A DNA stretch of 64,000 nucleotides, taken from the IMG/VR virus record IMGVR_UViG_3300044971_002537, positions 32,001 to 96,000 of that record. One strand, 5' to 3'. The stretch is from a virus. The notes under the pieces are model-generated. The model saw only the letters and a list, made by a program, of their open reading frames with translations. It had not been told where the DNA came from and ran no database searches. This document shows, one piece after another, positions 18,070 through 27,889 of the stretch. Each line of letters begins with the position of its first letter. Positions within the stretch are counted from its first letter, which is position 1. The position numbers and the translations under genes were made by a program.

Positions 18070-18141
18070 CTGGCCAGCTAGGACTCGAACCTAGAACCGT
18101 CGCTTTAACAGAGCGAAGCAAAACCTTTATGCTTCTGGCCA
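18070..18141 (-). tRNA. tRNA-Asn(GUU)
   Basis: TGGCCAG/CTGGCCA-G; TCGCT-CTGTTAA-AGCGA; CTAGG-TTCGAGT-CCTAG. Confidence 0.85.
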
Positions 18142-18222
18142 ATGTGGGGCAAAGCCCCTCTTATAATAAGTTGTAAAAGATCCGCTAAGATCTTATACGC
18201 CCGTACTCTCCCGTTTGATACT

Positions 18223-18483
18223 TTATTTTGGGGATTTTCTCAGAGATCCGGAGGATCTCACGATAGTCCCACGACCAAACGGCTGACTGAGGTGGACAGC
18301 TTGCTTTCCACCTCTGAAGGTTTCTCGCGAAATTGTTCCTCGTCCGAAGGGCTGTGTGATGATTGTACTCCCGTCGGAACGACGTGTCAAGGTCCCATTT
18401 CCGAACTTTGTGGTGACGCTGGTTTCACCAGCCTCAACCGAGACGCAGATGGCAAAAGCCATCAGTGCTTCAAGCACTCTCAT
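18223..18483 (-). CDS. small secreted protein with FG.GT repeats
   Basis: Signal-peptide-like N-terminus ending VEA; 3x (K/P)FG(N/R)GT. Confidence 0.6.
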   Translation of the reverse strand: MRVLEALMAFAICVSVEAGETSVTTKFGNGTLTRRSDGSTIITQPFGRGTISRETFRGGKQAVHLSQPFGRGTIVRSSGSLRKSPK

Positions 18484-18538
18484 GATTCTCCCCTAGATTA
18501 AGACTGTAATCATATCGAGGATCTCGAATTTTTCATCT

Positions 18539-18979
18539 TTAGTCATGGATTTCCTCAAAACATTCTGCAAGATGCCACTCGCCCGAGATTACGAGCATCA
18601 AGCCAAATTTGGAATCTTCCAGATGATCAATCTCATAGATGTTACCTACGGTACATCGGCAGAGATCTGAGATTCCATCCTTATGATAGTCTGGAGATTC
18701 CTTGATGCATTTGAACTTGGGGACCTTCCCCAGCTTATCCAGAATAGCTAGACAGCCAAGAGACAAACACCTCATTCGTTCTTCAGAATCAAAGATGCCG
18801 TCGCCGTCAGTGTACATACCGAGAACTGTCTCATCTCCACAGTCTGGATGTTCTACCCGAAAGTAACCATGTCGGAGACGGAAGTATCCGACATATTGGC
18901 CATCAATGAAGGCATCATACTGCTCAGGGCAAGCACCGCAAGTGCAAACAAGCTCAATTCCGAGGATATTCTGGTTCAT
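18539..18979 (-). CDS. hypothetical phage protein
   Basis: TCGACPEQYD..GYFRLRHG; GGCGAAGCC-ATG. Confidence 0.65.
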   Translation of the reverse strand: MNQNILGIELVCTCGACPEQYDAFIDGQYVGYFRLRHGYFRVEHPDCGDETVLGMYTDGDGIFDSEERMRCLSLGCLAILDKLGKVPKFKCIKESPDYHKDGISDLCRCTVGNIYEIDHLEDSKFGLMLVISGEWHLAECFEEIHD

Positions 18980-19305
18980 GGCTTCGCCTCAGCACTAGTA
19001 AGAGGTTCCTCTGGAACCTCAAACAACTGGGATACGCCCAAATGATATCCCGCCATATATTCATGACTCTTAGCATTGTGGATACCATCCATGACACCTT
19101 CCTCATAAGTTCTCTTATTAGAGAACTGGTAGGTCATATCCGCCATCTGATCACGCAAGACCTGAGCTTCAGTCTTATGAAGCTCAATCTCATGATTCAG
19201 GAGTGTAACTTCCCTACTCCGAGACTCAAGCTTATGAGCACTTGAGAAGGTCATCCCCATCATAAACAGGCCAAATCCGGCAAACGCAAAATCTCTTGGG
19301 TTCAT
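18976..19305 (-). CDS. membrane-anchored coiled-coil hypothetical protein
   Basis: N-terminal hydrophobic helix. Confidence 0.55.
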   Translation of the reverse strand: MNPRDFAFAGFGLFMMGMTFSSAHKLESRSREVTLLNHEIELHKTEAQVLRDQMADMTYQFSNKRTYEEGVMDGIHNAKSHEYMAGYHLGVSQLFEVPEEPLTSAEAKP

Positions 19306-19334
19306 AATAGTTCCTTTATGGGTGGAATTTGATA

Positions 19335-19634
19335 TTACTGAGCCACTTCAGTAAACTCAGGATCATGGCTCATTTCCTTTACGGCTCGGCCCAGAGCAAT
19401 GGCCAAACCACGCTTCTTGTTGTAGCAGTCGCTCTTGCTGCACTTGGCAATACCAGTGTACTGCTTTCCTTCTGAGTGAATCTCCACGATTGTAGATCCG
19501 CCCTTCGGAGACAGCATCGGAGTAAGAACCTTGGTCAGTGCGTTTTGGTAAACCCACTGATTCTTTACGATTCGATCGTGGTTGATGTAGACCCGGAAAC
19601 CAGCCTGTCGAAGCTCACTGATTAATTTGTGCAT
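19335..19634 (-). CDS. conserved phage hypothetical protein
   Basis: PKGG.T...G.AKCS..D.YNKK.G..IALGRA. Confidence 0.65.
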   Translation of the reverse strand: MHKLISELRQAGFRVYINHDRIVKNQWVYQNALTKVLTPMLSPKGGSTIVEIHSEGKQYTGIAKCSKSDCYNKKRGLAIALGRAVKEMSHDPEFTEVAQ

Positions 19635-20005
19635 TACTTTACCCCTAAAACAAAACCTTTGGAAGTGATCCTTTCGAGGATCAATAAACGATCACGGTGC
19701 GTGGGGACATAATCTTGCATGAGTTCCTTCGGAACTCCGTCCCATGCAGAAATATAGTTCTGCACATTGAAACCCCTTTTGCAACATTCCCCATAAATTG
19801 CTTCATATCTCTTACGGAGATAGAGGAGGCGAGAATATAGGAACTTCACATGTCCTGTGCCAAGTGTAAACGACTTTGGCTGATTTGCAAGAGAAAACTT
19901 GCCAGATTTCACAACATTGGGGATTCTTTTAATCTCCCTATGTTCGGCTATAAGTAGCTTATTCGGGAGTTCTTCCGGCAGAATGCCGACGTTGATTCGG
20001 GTCAT
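19634..20005 (-). CDS. denV: pyrimidine-dimer DNA glycosylase (T4 endonuclease V family)
   Basis: MTRIN, L.AEHREIKRI, FTLGTGHVKF. Confidence 0.9.
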   Translation of the reverse strand: MTRINVGILPEELPNKLLIAEHREIKRIPNVVKSGKFSLANQPKSFTLGTGHVKFLYSRLLYLRKRYEAIYGECCKRGFNVQNYISAWDGVPKELMQDYVPTHRDRLLILERITSKGFVLGVK

Positions 20006-20053
20006 GAGGACATCCGGTAAAAGAGAAAGGGGGGGGCGACAGGCCCAAGGTCT

Positions 20054-20257
20054 TCAGTTCAGCCCATGTTCTTTGATCAGCCGCCTCGTTAACATCTTAC
20101 TCAGTCTCCTCTCATGAGGAACCGCCACATGCTTTTCCCCATTAGAAAAAATCTCATGCTTTCCATGCCTGCATGATTCAAATCCATTAGTCCGGAGGAC
20201 TTGAATAAACTCTATTCTGGAATACTCACGAAAGACTGCTGCCATAACACGCTCCAT
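20054..20257 (-). CDS. HicA-family mRNA interferase-like protein
   Basis: L..NGF...R.GKHEIF.......VPH...L.....R.I.K. Confidence 0.7.
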   Translation of the reverse strand: MERVMAAVFREYSRIEFIQVLRTNGFESCRHGKHEIFSNGEKHVAVPHERRLSKMLTRRLIKEHGLN

Positions 20258-20276
20258 GCTTTTGTAACGGAAGAGT

Positions 20277-20552
20277 TTAGCCCTTTCGGCCCATCCCAGA
20301 TACTGGACTCGTCATCGGATACTTCAAATAGGAAGAATCCTTGTGTAAGTACAGGAATGCACTAGCGGCAAATTCATCTCTCGCATCCTGTAGGGCACTT
20401 TCTCTTTTACTGATGCTCTGTTCGATTTGCCACTCGGTATCACAAGAGAAGAGATACTTGCCTTCGGCATAGACGTTGTAGACATCGTAATTGTCTCCAT
20501 CGATATCGCTACGGGTGCCTACTTCAATTCTGTATTTCTGATTTAGCTGCAT
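20277..20552 (-). CDS. hypothetical protein
   Basis: 91-aa ORF in operon. Confidence 0.55.
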   Translation of the reverse strand: MQLNQKYRIEVGTRSDIDGDNYDVYNVYAEGKYLFSCDTEWQIEQSISKRESALQDARDEFAASAFLYLHKDSSYLKYPMTSPVSGMGRKG

Positions 20553-20811
20553 TTTTTGCTTTCTTTTTATAGAGAGTGTCTACTCTCTTAACCAAGGCTT
20601 TGAGCTTTTTAAGCTCTCTTTGAACGGCTAACGCCATCGAGTCCTGCCACAAAAAGGAAGACTTGTCTTCCTCCATCTCGGCAACCACACGACCATAGTT
20701 CTTGAGCATTTCTGCCACCTTGAACTCGCACCGCTCCAGTTCGACAAAGTCTTCCAGATCGATCCAACCCTCAAGCTGCTCAAGGAAAGGCTTGCTCATG
20801 CTTCCTCCCAA
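20524..20811 (-). CDS. hypothetical protein
   Basis: 95-aa ORF; probable start MSKPFL. Confidence 0.55.
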   Translation of the reverse strand: MGGSMSKPFLEQLEGWIDLEDFVELERCEFKVAEMLKNYGRVVAEMEEDKSSFLWQDSMALAVQRELKKLKALVKRVDTLYKKKAKNAAKSEIQN

Positions 20812-21275
20812 TATTTGGCGTCAGCACAGTGTTCCCGAACCTTATTAAAGGCCACTCTTTTGATCTGTTCAAGTCTTTGTCTGTTGTTAAGGCCCATTTT
20901 ATCCATGATTTGCCGAGAGTCAAGGCCCGATGCTCGAAGTTTTAGAAAATCCTGCTCTTGTCGTGTGAGTTTCTCGATGCCCACTATCTTTTTTACCGAC
21001 TCCTTAGCGTAGATATGCTCATGAGAGAGGGTGATGCTACCTCCCTCGGTGGGGTAATGTTGTCTAGACATAGCATCTTTCCAGATTCGTACTCTCGACC
21101 AGATAGTATGTCTGATGATATCCCCAGCGGTGATCTCATGTGGGACCCTTAATAGGCCTATAGCTACTTCCTGTTCAAGATCCTCCCTCAACATATCATC
21201 TGGAAAATTGAGCCTATATCTCTTAATGGCATATCCAATAATCCTAGTCATGTCTTTGGAGTAGATCCCGATCAT
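20796..21275 (-). CDS. sigma70/ECF-like RNA polymerase sigma factor
   Basis: Region-2-like EDLEQEVAIGLL; region-4 HTH LTRQEQDFLKLR..GL....I...MG...QR..QI...A..K.R. Confidence 0.65.
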   Translation of the reverse strand: MIGIYSKDMTRIIGYAIKRYRLNFPDDMLREDLEQEVAIGLLRVPHEITAGDIIRHTIWSRVRIWKDAMSRQHYPTEGGSITLSHEHIYAKESVKKIVGIEKLTRQEQDFLKLRASGLDSRQIMDKMGLNNRQRLEQIKRVAFNKVREHCADAKYWEEA

Positions 21276-21287
21276 AAGCTTCGCCCT

Positions 21288-22121
21288 TTAGATGCCGTCA
21301 GGCCTGAAATCAATTAAAACTGGAAAGCGAGGGATGCCATCGGCAGTATACTCGAAGAATCTCACAGTTGCAAGAGTTCCAATATAAGATTCTGCATCTC
21401 GAAGATAATCCTCTCGGAGACTCTGATCGCCCTTTGGCACAGCTTCAAACTCGCCACCATCGCACCTTAAAAGAAAAATCGGCACATTCTCAAATTTTCC
21501 TTTACCAGCTTTGTATCCTATTACTTCAAACTCGTTGTCAGTGAACTCCTTGAACTTCAGGAGATCATAAGACCTCTTATTTTTCTGGTAGGCGGAGCCT
21601 ATATTTCTAATCATTGTTCCTTCCCAACCTTCGGATAGGAACTGCTTATGCCTAGTCTCAATCTCCTCATGGGAATTTACCAAGTACCACGGGACTACTT
21701 CAGTATGAGTAAGCCCACTCACGAGAGTGTCTAGATAGATGACTCGTTGGTGGTAGGTATCCTCATTGATAATATCAAAGGCATAGAAGAAGATGCTCCC
21801 CATCCGTGGGTCGCTTGAGTCGCCTTTACGAACTACCGAGGAAATCTGTTCAAAGGTGAGTGTACGGCTGTACAGTTCCCCATCTAGGACGATATCGTCA
21901 AATCCAGCATACTCACTGGTGATATGGTCTAGTCCAGTAAAAGTAGTGCCGGTTCTACTTGTTGTAGTCACCTGTCCGTCTTGAACGGACAAGATCATAC
22001 GACAGTTGTGAACAAGTATATTGTTAGCGAAATAGTTGTGGTTGTCCGCAACCTCTAGGTCGTACCTATCTGAGTCATTAGAGATTCTGACTATCTTTGA
22101 TATTTTTACAGATTTCATCAT
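21288..22121 (-). CDS. ATP-dependent DNA ligase C-part preceded by split-intein IntC (aa 1-39)
   Basis: YDLEVADNHNYFANNILVHN|C; then R of KxDGxR, LDGELY, FYAFD, EGTMIR, LLKFK, PRFP. Confidence 0.9.
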   Translation of the reverse strand: MMKSVKISKIVRISNDSDRYDLEVADNHNYFANNILVHNCRMILSVQDGQVTTTSRTGTTFTGLDHITSEYAGFDDIVLDGELYSRTLTFEQISSVVRKGDSSDPRMGSIFFYAFDIINEDTYHQRVIYLDTLVSGLTHTEVVPWYLVNSHEEIETRHKQFLSEGWEGTMIRNIGSAYQKNKRSYDLLKFKEFTDNEFEVIGYKAGKGKFENVPIFLLRCDGGEFEAVPKGDQSLREDYLRDAESYIGTLATVRFFEYTADGIPRFPVLIDFRPDGI

Positions 22122-23154
22122 ACAGCCTAGAAAGTGTTTCAGATTTATTAGTATTGAGATCTAATTCCCAAACATACAGAATTACATACCCAAAAGACTC
22201 TATATGCGATCTCTTTATTGAATCTTTGAGCCAAATATCTTCGGCAGATATGTCGCCACGCCACGTATTTATTAGGTCAGTAGGCTTATATAGACTGGGG
22301 TTAGCATGCCATTTATCTCCATTCACCTCAACACAGATCTTATGATCAATGAGTCTTATATCAGCTATAGGAGAATAAATTCTCTGCTTAGTCTCACAAT
22401 ATTTAGAGAATATGGCTGATTCATTTTCATGCAATAGTTTTTTCTCAAACAAAAAAGTAGACACGGCTCTATGAATCTTAGAGGTTTTACCATCCCCTTT
22501 CCTGCCTCCCGGTCTCTGACACGCATGCTCGAAACCATACTTATCTAAGTTGGTCTGTCTAGCCTTTTCTTTGATCTCTTCGGACTGAAAAACATTGACG
22601 CATCCGTATTTAGCTAAAGCACTATTAACCTTCTTATCCTTAACCTCTTTTGACTGAGAGACATTCTCGCATCCGAATCTTTCTATAACGGTCCTTTTGT
22701 ATTGATCACTGACCGTCTTTAGCTTTTTAGAGTCACTAATCGAGTGAGTTTGTATGCCAAATTTTTTAGCATATCTTATTACCTCGCTAGCATGAGTGAT
22801 GAACTCTGGAGAGAAAAGTTTCTTAGCTATATAGTTGGCTGAGTATAAGGGAAGGTACTTCTCTAGGTTCTCTTTTGTTAGGTATTGTTTTGCCCTCAAA
22901 GTACTAGAAGTTTTCTTGCCCTTTTTGGGCTTACCCTTTGCTGAACAACTTCTACATAATGGCAATCTGGTTTTAAATAACGAGGTAGAGGTTATCTCAT
23001 ATTCGTGCCCGCAATCACATTTTACCAGAAGTATATCATATTGAGAGGCATATCCTTTAGCAACCCTAGTTTTTTCCCCAACCTTGTCGATCACGACAAA
23101 ATTTAAGAATCTCTGATTGACCCACTCTTGTCTGCTTCTGTGATCTTGACTCAT
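22078..23154 (-). CDS. free-standing Vsr-like homing endonuclease between the intein halves
   Basis: KYG..N..QS..(I/V)K.K repeats; ADI...EVNGDKWH...D..K...GY.ILYVWE.D. Confidence 0.75.
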   Translation of the reverse strand: MSQDHRSRQEWVNQRFLNFVVIDKVGEKTRVAKGYASQYDILLVKCDCGHEYEITSTSLFKTRLPLCRSCSAKGKPKKGKKTSSTLRAKQYLTKENLEKYLPLYSANYIAKKLFSPEFITHASEVIRYAKKFGIQTHSISDSKKLKTVSDQYKRTVIERFGCENVSQSKEVKDKKVNSALAKYGCVNVFQSEEIKEKARQTNLDKYGFEHACQRPGGRKGDGKTSKIHRAVSTFLFEKKLLHENESAIFSKYCETKQRIYSPIADIRLIDHKICVEVNGDKWHANPSLYKPTDLINTWRGDISAEDIWLKDSIKRSHIESFGYVILYVWELDLNTNKSETLSRLYDEICKNIKDSQNL

Positions 23155-23229
23155 GTCTGGCTCCACTAATAGAAAGAAATAATATTCCATCTATTAATAC
23201 GCCCAAGATAGACGTGAGTTAATAAAAAA

Positions 23230-23904
23230 TCAATATTCCATCAACTTTTCGTCACCAGACAACTGGTCTACTCTCCTCCAACATTGCAAATCTGGCAGAA
23301 ACACCTTGTGATTCCCGGTCAGTCGCAGCTTCGCCCCGGTCTCTGTCTCTATTTCATACCAGACGACATCAGAACTGCTCACTTCGGGCGTGTCACCGCC
23401 TTTATTCTTAAAGAAGTTCAATACCTTCTTGTATTCCACCCGATTGGTAATTACATTCAGTGATGCGACAGAACAATCTAATTTTCCATCTACTATTGAC
23501 TTTATTGGGATATATCCTAGCTCTTTTGTCTTAATTAAAGAGTCTCCAGATAAACACCCGTCAATCTTTGGGGATACCACACAAGGAAACTTCACCTTTT
23601 TACTGTGGTCCTTATATTTATGGGCGAGCATTGGCAGATTGGGAGCCTCTGTAGGAAGCTCCACCGTGTACCCCTTCCGGTCCTTCTGCTTATTCCAGAG
23701 GCCTTGGGCCTCTGAAATAGCCTGAGACTCCGCAGTCGTCTCATTGGAGCGACCGACGTTCTTGGCCTCGCAAGTCACCAGAGTCTCTTGTAGTGCTCCG
23801 TTCAGGAGCCCATGAGATACTGAGTAGGTGCCACCTTCGGTAGAGACAGACCAAACTCGAACTTTGCCTTTAGAGTCAAGTTTATGTAGTGTTGGCAAAC
23901 TCAT
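23230..23904 (-). CDS. ATP-dependent DNA ligase N-part followed by split-intein IntN (from C117)
   Basis: PMLAH...SPKIDG|CLSGDS; block B LRLTGNHKV. Confidence 0.9.
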   Translation of the reverse strand: MSLPTLHKLDSKGKVRVWSVSTEGGTYSVSHGLLNGALQETLVTCEAKNVGRSNETTAESQAISEAQGLWNKQKDRKGYTVELPTEAPNLPMLAHKYKDHSKKVKFPCVVSPKIDGCLSGDSLIKTKELGYIPIKSIVDGKLDCSVASLNVITNRVEYKKVLNFFKNKGGDTPEVSSSDVVWYEIETETGAKLRLTGNHKVFLPDLQCWRRVDQLSGDEKLMEY

Positions 23905-24125
23905 AGCGTATCTCCATCAAGGGACCACATCGGGTGATGATATATAATCTTTAATGTTGTCATTGTTTCCACTTACTGAATCCGCAATAGCCAGCCTTAT
24001 TCTTATCTAGCCTACACCCAGCTTGCCAGACTTCAAACTCTGTTACTGAGGGAGAGTCTTCCAGTATGATAGCTATCCATACCAAATGTTCTATTTTACA
24101 GACTATTTCCCACTTCCCAGAAACT

Positions 24126-24344
24126 TTAATTGTCACCATTCCGCTTATTCCATCTCTCGATCATCCTCACTACATCATGCTTTGTGTCAGGATACATAGG
24201 GCCAAACATAATGGGGCACTTGGTGCATTCAATCGTGGCGGTTGTAGACTCACAATCGATATCGAATCCCTCATAGATTTTAGCTTCCGCCCCACAAAGC
24301 GGGCATCCACACAGGAGAATCGAAGATATGTCTATATCACTCAT
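24126..24344 (-). CDS. Lar-like (restriction alleviation) zinc-finger protein
   Basis: CPLCG.EA...I.C.KC...WNKR. Confidence 0.55.
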   Translation of the reverse strand: MSDIDISSILLCGCPLCGAEAKIYEGFDIDCESTTATIECTKCPIMFGPMYPDTKHDVVRMIERWNKRNGDN

Positions 24345-24356
24345 TAGCTTCGCCTC

Positions 24357-24590
24357 CTATATTAATTGATAAATTGACCATGCGGCCAATCCAAGACCAG
24401 ACAAATAAAGTATTACCCAGAGAGCACAGTTGTTTGTAGGCTTATCTATCTTCAATAGACACTCGTGACATATAATAATGCCGTCAGGCCCATGATAATC
24501 TACTCCGCACCTGTAGCATCGACAGACATAATCGCCGAAGGCATAGTCGTTGTCGGGTGTCCCAGACATTGGGACTTCGTAGAGCTTCAT
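24357..24590 (-). CDS. small zinc-finger membrane protein
   Basis: C.RCG...C.EC plus C-terminal TM. Confidence 0.5.
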   Translation of the reverse strand: MKLYEVPMSGTPDNDYAFGDYVCRCYRCGVDYHGPDGIIICHECLLKIDKPTNNCALWVILYLSGLGLAAWSIYQLI

Positions 24591-25044
24591 GGCTTCGCCT
24601 TGTAAAACTTCAGATCTTTTTAAGATCCTTCATCGCCTGAAAAAATATCTCAGTAGCTCTCATTACTTCTGGCGAAGGAGGATTCTGTTCCCTATAATCG
24701 CGAGCAGTAAGCTCGAACAGATAGGCAAAACCGGGATTCCTCTCACACTTACGCCGCATCGTATTACAAGCGTGTCTGTAGATGAAATCATCCCATTTTT
24801 CAATCAGCCACTGCATACAACTCTCCGAAGCGTCATAACATTGAAGAAGACACCAATCAGGTTGATCAACACAAGAACAAAACCAAGCGAAGAGGTTGTT
24901 CGGTCTGGAGATCCAATATCTCCAAGAGTATCGAAGATCAAAACAAACTGCATGATCAAAAGAGCAAAAGCTGCGGTTCCAAGAAAATATCTCATATGTT
25001 TTCCAGTAAAAGAAGAATGGGCTGAAAGAGCCAAGGTCATCCGT

Positions 25045-25413
25045 TCAAGTGTTCTCGTTCATCAATCCATCTGGACCGCAAGTCAATGCATACACCCTAA
25101 TTGGTCCATCATATGGATTTGATTTGGTAGGACCATCGTCCCCAACGATCATGTCATAGAAGGCTTCCATCTCTTCTTCTGTATCAAAGATACTGAACCC
25201 TTCACCATCCATCCTGATCTGGTGGTAGTTATCGCTCTCAGGATCTAAGAAGATGAAAGCTTTCTTCTGCTCTTCCAGATATCTGCCCCACGCTTCTGGA
25301 TCTGAAGATCTTGGCTCCTCTGTGCGTAATCCAGAAAAGAAAACAGCATACTGATTAGTAGCTAAGCAATATAGCTCCATCAGTCTAATAGAAGTGGCGT
25401 AATCTTTACTCAT
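25045..25413 (-). CDS. hypothetical protein
   Basis: 122-aa ORF, ATGA coupling. Confidence 0.6.
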   Translation of the reverse strand: MSKDYATSIRLMELYCLATNQYAVFFSGLRTEEPRSSDPEAWGRYLEEQKKAFIFLDPESDNYHQIRMDGEGFSIFDTEEEMEAFYDMIVGDDGPTKSNPYDGPIRVYALTCGPDGLMNENT

Positions 25414-25679
25414 TCGATCTCATCCCTTCTTTCTTTCAACTTCTTTGCCAGTTCGGCCAACTGAGGAGCACATCTCACTATGGCATTATCAATGGCCTTC
25501 GGCCCACGATATGTTTCCTTACCAGTACCATTACATGCCCCACACTTGGGAGACCTATGACTGTCATACCTACCGCTACCACTACAGGCAGTACAATCCT
25601 TCTGTCTCCATCCATAGACATAAGAAAAGTAGTAGGTGGCCCTAGAGAGCTTGGCTTTTAGCCAGTCAGAGATGTTCAT
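25410..25679 (-). CDS. DnaJ-type CxxCxGxG zinc-finger protein
   Basis: CTACSGSG...CGACNGTG. Confidence 0.65.
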   Translation of the reverse strand: MNISDWLKAKLSRATYYFSYVYGWRQKDCTACSGSGRYDSHRSPKCGACNGTGKETYRGPKAIDNAIVRCAPQLAELAKKLKERRDEIE

Positions 25680-25686
25680 GAGTGCC

Positions 25687-26172
25687 TCATACTTTTCTAA
25701 GAAAAGCAAGACGGGTGAAATAAGCTTTACCACTATCTACCCAGACAATTGTGTCATTATGCTGCTTCTTGTCGAAGTTCCCGTATGAGTACAGAGCTGG
25801 TAGGCTACATCCTGTAGCAATGATAGTCCCAGTCTCCTCCCTCCCCGGCATAGCTGGATGATCGTTCTTAAAACCTCCCTTCGTGGGATAACAGGAGTAG
25901 CTTCCATCAGAAAAAGTAACTCTGTCCCCGACCTTGAGTGGTCCAACTTCTCCGATATTTGAAACTCCAGTATGGGTCAAAAATTCCATGTTGCACTCCT
26001 TAACTTCTTCAATTAAATCATAGGGATGAGGTGCTCTGTTGCACAAAGCGTATCCGCCCTCATACCACATTGCAGACACACTGGCATACCCATACGTAGA
26101 ACCATTAAAAGTAGTAATGGTGTACACTATGCCGGATCGTGACTTGTATCTTTTGCCGATTTCAAGTTTCAT
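25687..26172 (-). CDS. hypothetical protein
   Basis: 161-aa ORF; N-terminus resembles the 4117-4686 product (LE.GK.Y..R.G ... DLI.E). Confidence 0.6.
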   Translation of the reverse strand: MKLEIGKRYKSRSGIVYTITTFNGSTYGYASVSAMWYEGGYALCNRAPHPYDLIEEVKECNMEFLTHTGVSNIGEVGPLKVGDRVTFSDGSYSCYPTKGGFKNDHPAMPGREETGTIIATGCSLPALYSYGNFDKKQHNDTIVWVDSGKAYFTRLAFLRKV

Positions 26173-26503
26173 GGCTACGCCCTATTTGGAGGTATCGATA
26201 GTAACACACAGACCAGAACTACGTCCAGTAACCTTCAGGATAGGGCCTTCGGCCTTCAGGCCCAAAAACTCCTGAGTCGAGAAGCCATATAGGACATTGC
26301 TGAACTCAGTCCAATCTCCAGTCTTCGGGACCAGACGAAGGAAGTTAGCCAACTGGCAGGGGACCTTATCTGACCCGAAGGGTCTGAACTTCTTACCCTT
26401 TTCCCGCCATCCTAGCAGACGAATTCCATTGATTGAAGGACGCAAGCGAATCGTTCCGACGAACATGGGCTTTTCTCCAAGAAGGTTGTGTTCTGATGGA
26501 GTC

Positions 26504-26531
26504 ATTATATGATGGCTTCGCCATCTGTCAA
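26504..26531 (-). promoter_or_regulatory. sigma70 promoter with GAA-triloop hairpin in the spacer
   Basis: TTGACA-GATGGC-GAA-GCCATC-A-TATAAT. Confidence 0.7.
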
Positions 26532-26539
26532 GTGGAATT

Positions 26540-26974
26540 TCATAATCCGTCTAGTGAACTAATGTTCAGCTCGCCCCATTTACGTCCACCATCCTGCTCG
26601 GTTTGGATGTCCCAACATTTATCGCTGAATCGTTTATCAATCCCAGCATCAATGAGAAGAGATCCGATGTTACTTCCCTCGTGAGAGATATCGGCTCCAA
26701 GAGTGGCTATGGCCCGACCGAATAAACACCCTTTGTCCTGCTCTTCAGTGTTATCAACGAAGGGGCTATATGTTGCCGCTCCAGAAATGTCAGTACCAGT
26801 CAGAATCTGCGGACCACTAGCATATGAGCATTTGGGACTACCACACTCACGAATTTGGGCCGAAGTTACATAGGAGAAGTCCTTGTGAGTCTCTGTGAGA
26901 CTCTTAAGCTGGGCAATAAGTGCCCTCTTAAATCCAAGAGGCCCAAAGGCCTGAACGGTTTCTGATAGGGTCAT
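26540..26974 (-). CDS. hypothetical protein
   Basis: Start MTLSET after AGCGAAGCT. Confidence 0.6.
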   Translation of the reverse strand: MTLSETVQAFGPLGFKRALIAQLKSLTETHKDFSYVTSAQIRECGSPKCSYASGPQILTGTDISGAATYSPFVDNTEEQDKGCLFGRAIATLGADISHEGSNIGSLLIDAGIDKRFSDKCWDIQTEQDGGRKWGELNISSLDGL

Positions 26975-27639
26975 TAGCTTCGCTCCCAAGAGATTGTAAT
27001 AGTTTTCCGCTTCCACCACCGCGTCTCACATTCTACCACGAATCCATCCTTTGTCAAGTCTTCGAGGAAAGCTTTCCTCGCAGACTCCGGTAAAAGGAAA
27101 GGTCCGTCACATTGGAGGATTCGAAGGAACAATTGGGTAGACGTACTCCCCATTCTTCCAAGGCCAATGTCTGCTTACAGAGAAGCAGATATCTTCAATC
27201 CTAACACCATACTTCTCGGCCAATTGACCGAAGGTGACAGCACCATCCTGATTAGCATCAACTGCCATCTTATTGGCTAATTCCCAGAGGCCGACTTTGT
27301 CATAACGAAGCATAGGGCACCTATACATTTGTTCAGCGACACCACGTAACCGCTCTCCTAAACATCGGTGAAGCTTCTACTCTCAATTTTAGTTCTTCAA
27401 TTATCCACAACGCATCTTCAGCACTGATCGATATGCGAAGCCCATTAGTACCTTCGCGAATCATCCTGAAGTCGGCTCCGTGCTGATGAACCTTTGTGTC
27501 GCCGAACCACTCGATGATGTTCTCCCGGATCACTGGAACTGGGCCACTCATGGGGATTGGTTCAGAGAATAGCTCAAGTTTTCTCGGCTTGGACTCAGTT
27601 GGCCTTTGTTTTCTCATTCGTTTTCTCTTCGTTTTCTGC

Positions 27640-27668
27640 ATTTTAACAGATGCTAATCTGTTTGTCAA
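27640..27668 (-). promoter_or_regulatory. sigma70 promoter with palindromic spacer
   Basis: TTGACA-17 bp-TAAAAT; AACAGAT-TAGC-ATCTGTT. Confidence 0.65.
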
Positions 27669-27889
27669 GTGGTGTTTCTCTAGAATTCGTGGGGAGGAAT
27701 GGTGGAGAATAGAAAGGAATAGGTCACTGATCGTGGCTTTAAACAAGGCCTAAAAAGCAGGCTTTATTCCTTGTATTCCTAATAGAACAATAAGAAGGAC
27801 TAATAGGACAAACAAGAACAGGAGGAATGAGGGGTTGAAATGTGGTGGTATGGAACTGGAAGGGCTCATAGCATGCCATATTTTCCAAT

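Noticed and set aside
21288-23904. Group I intron interrupting the ligase
   Set aside because: Almost no non-coding space for a ribozyme core; IntN and IntC motifs fully explain the break
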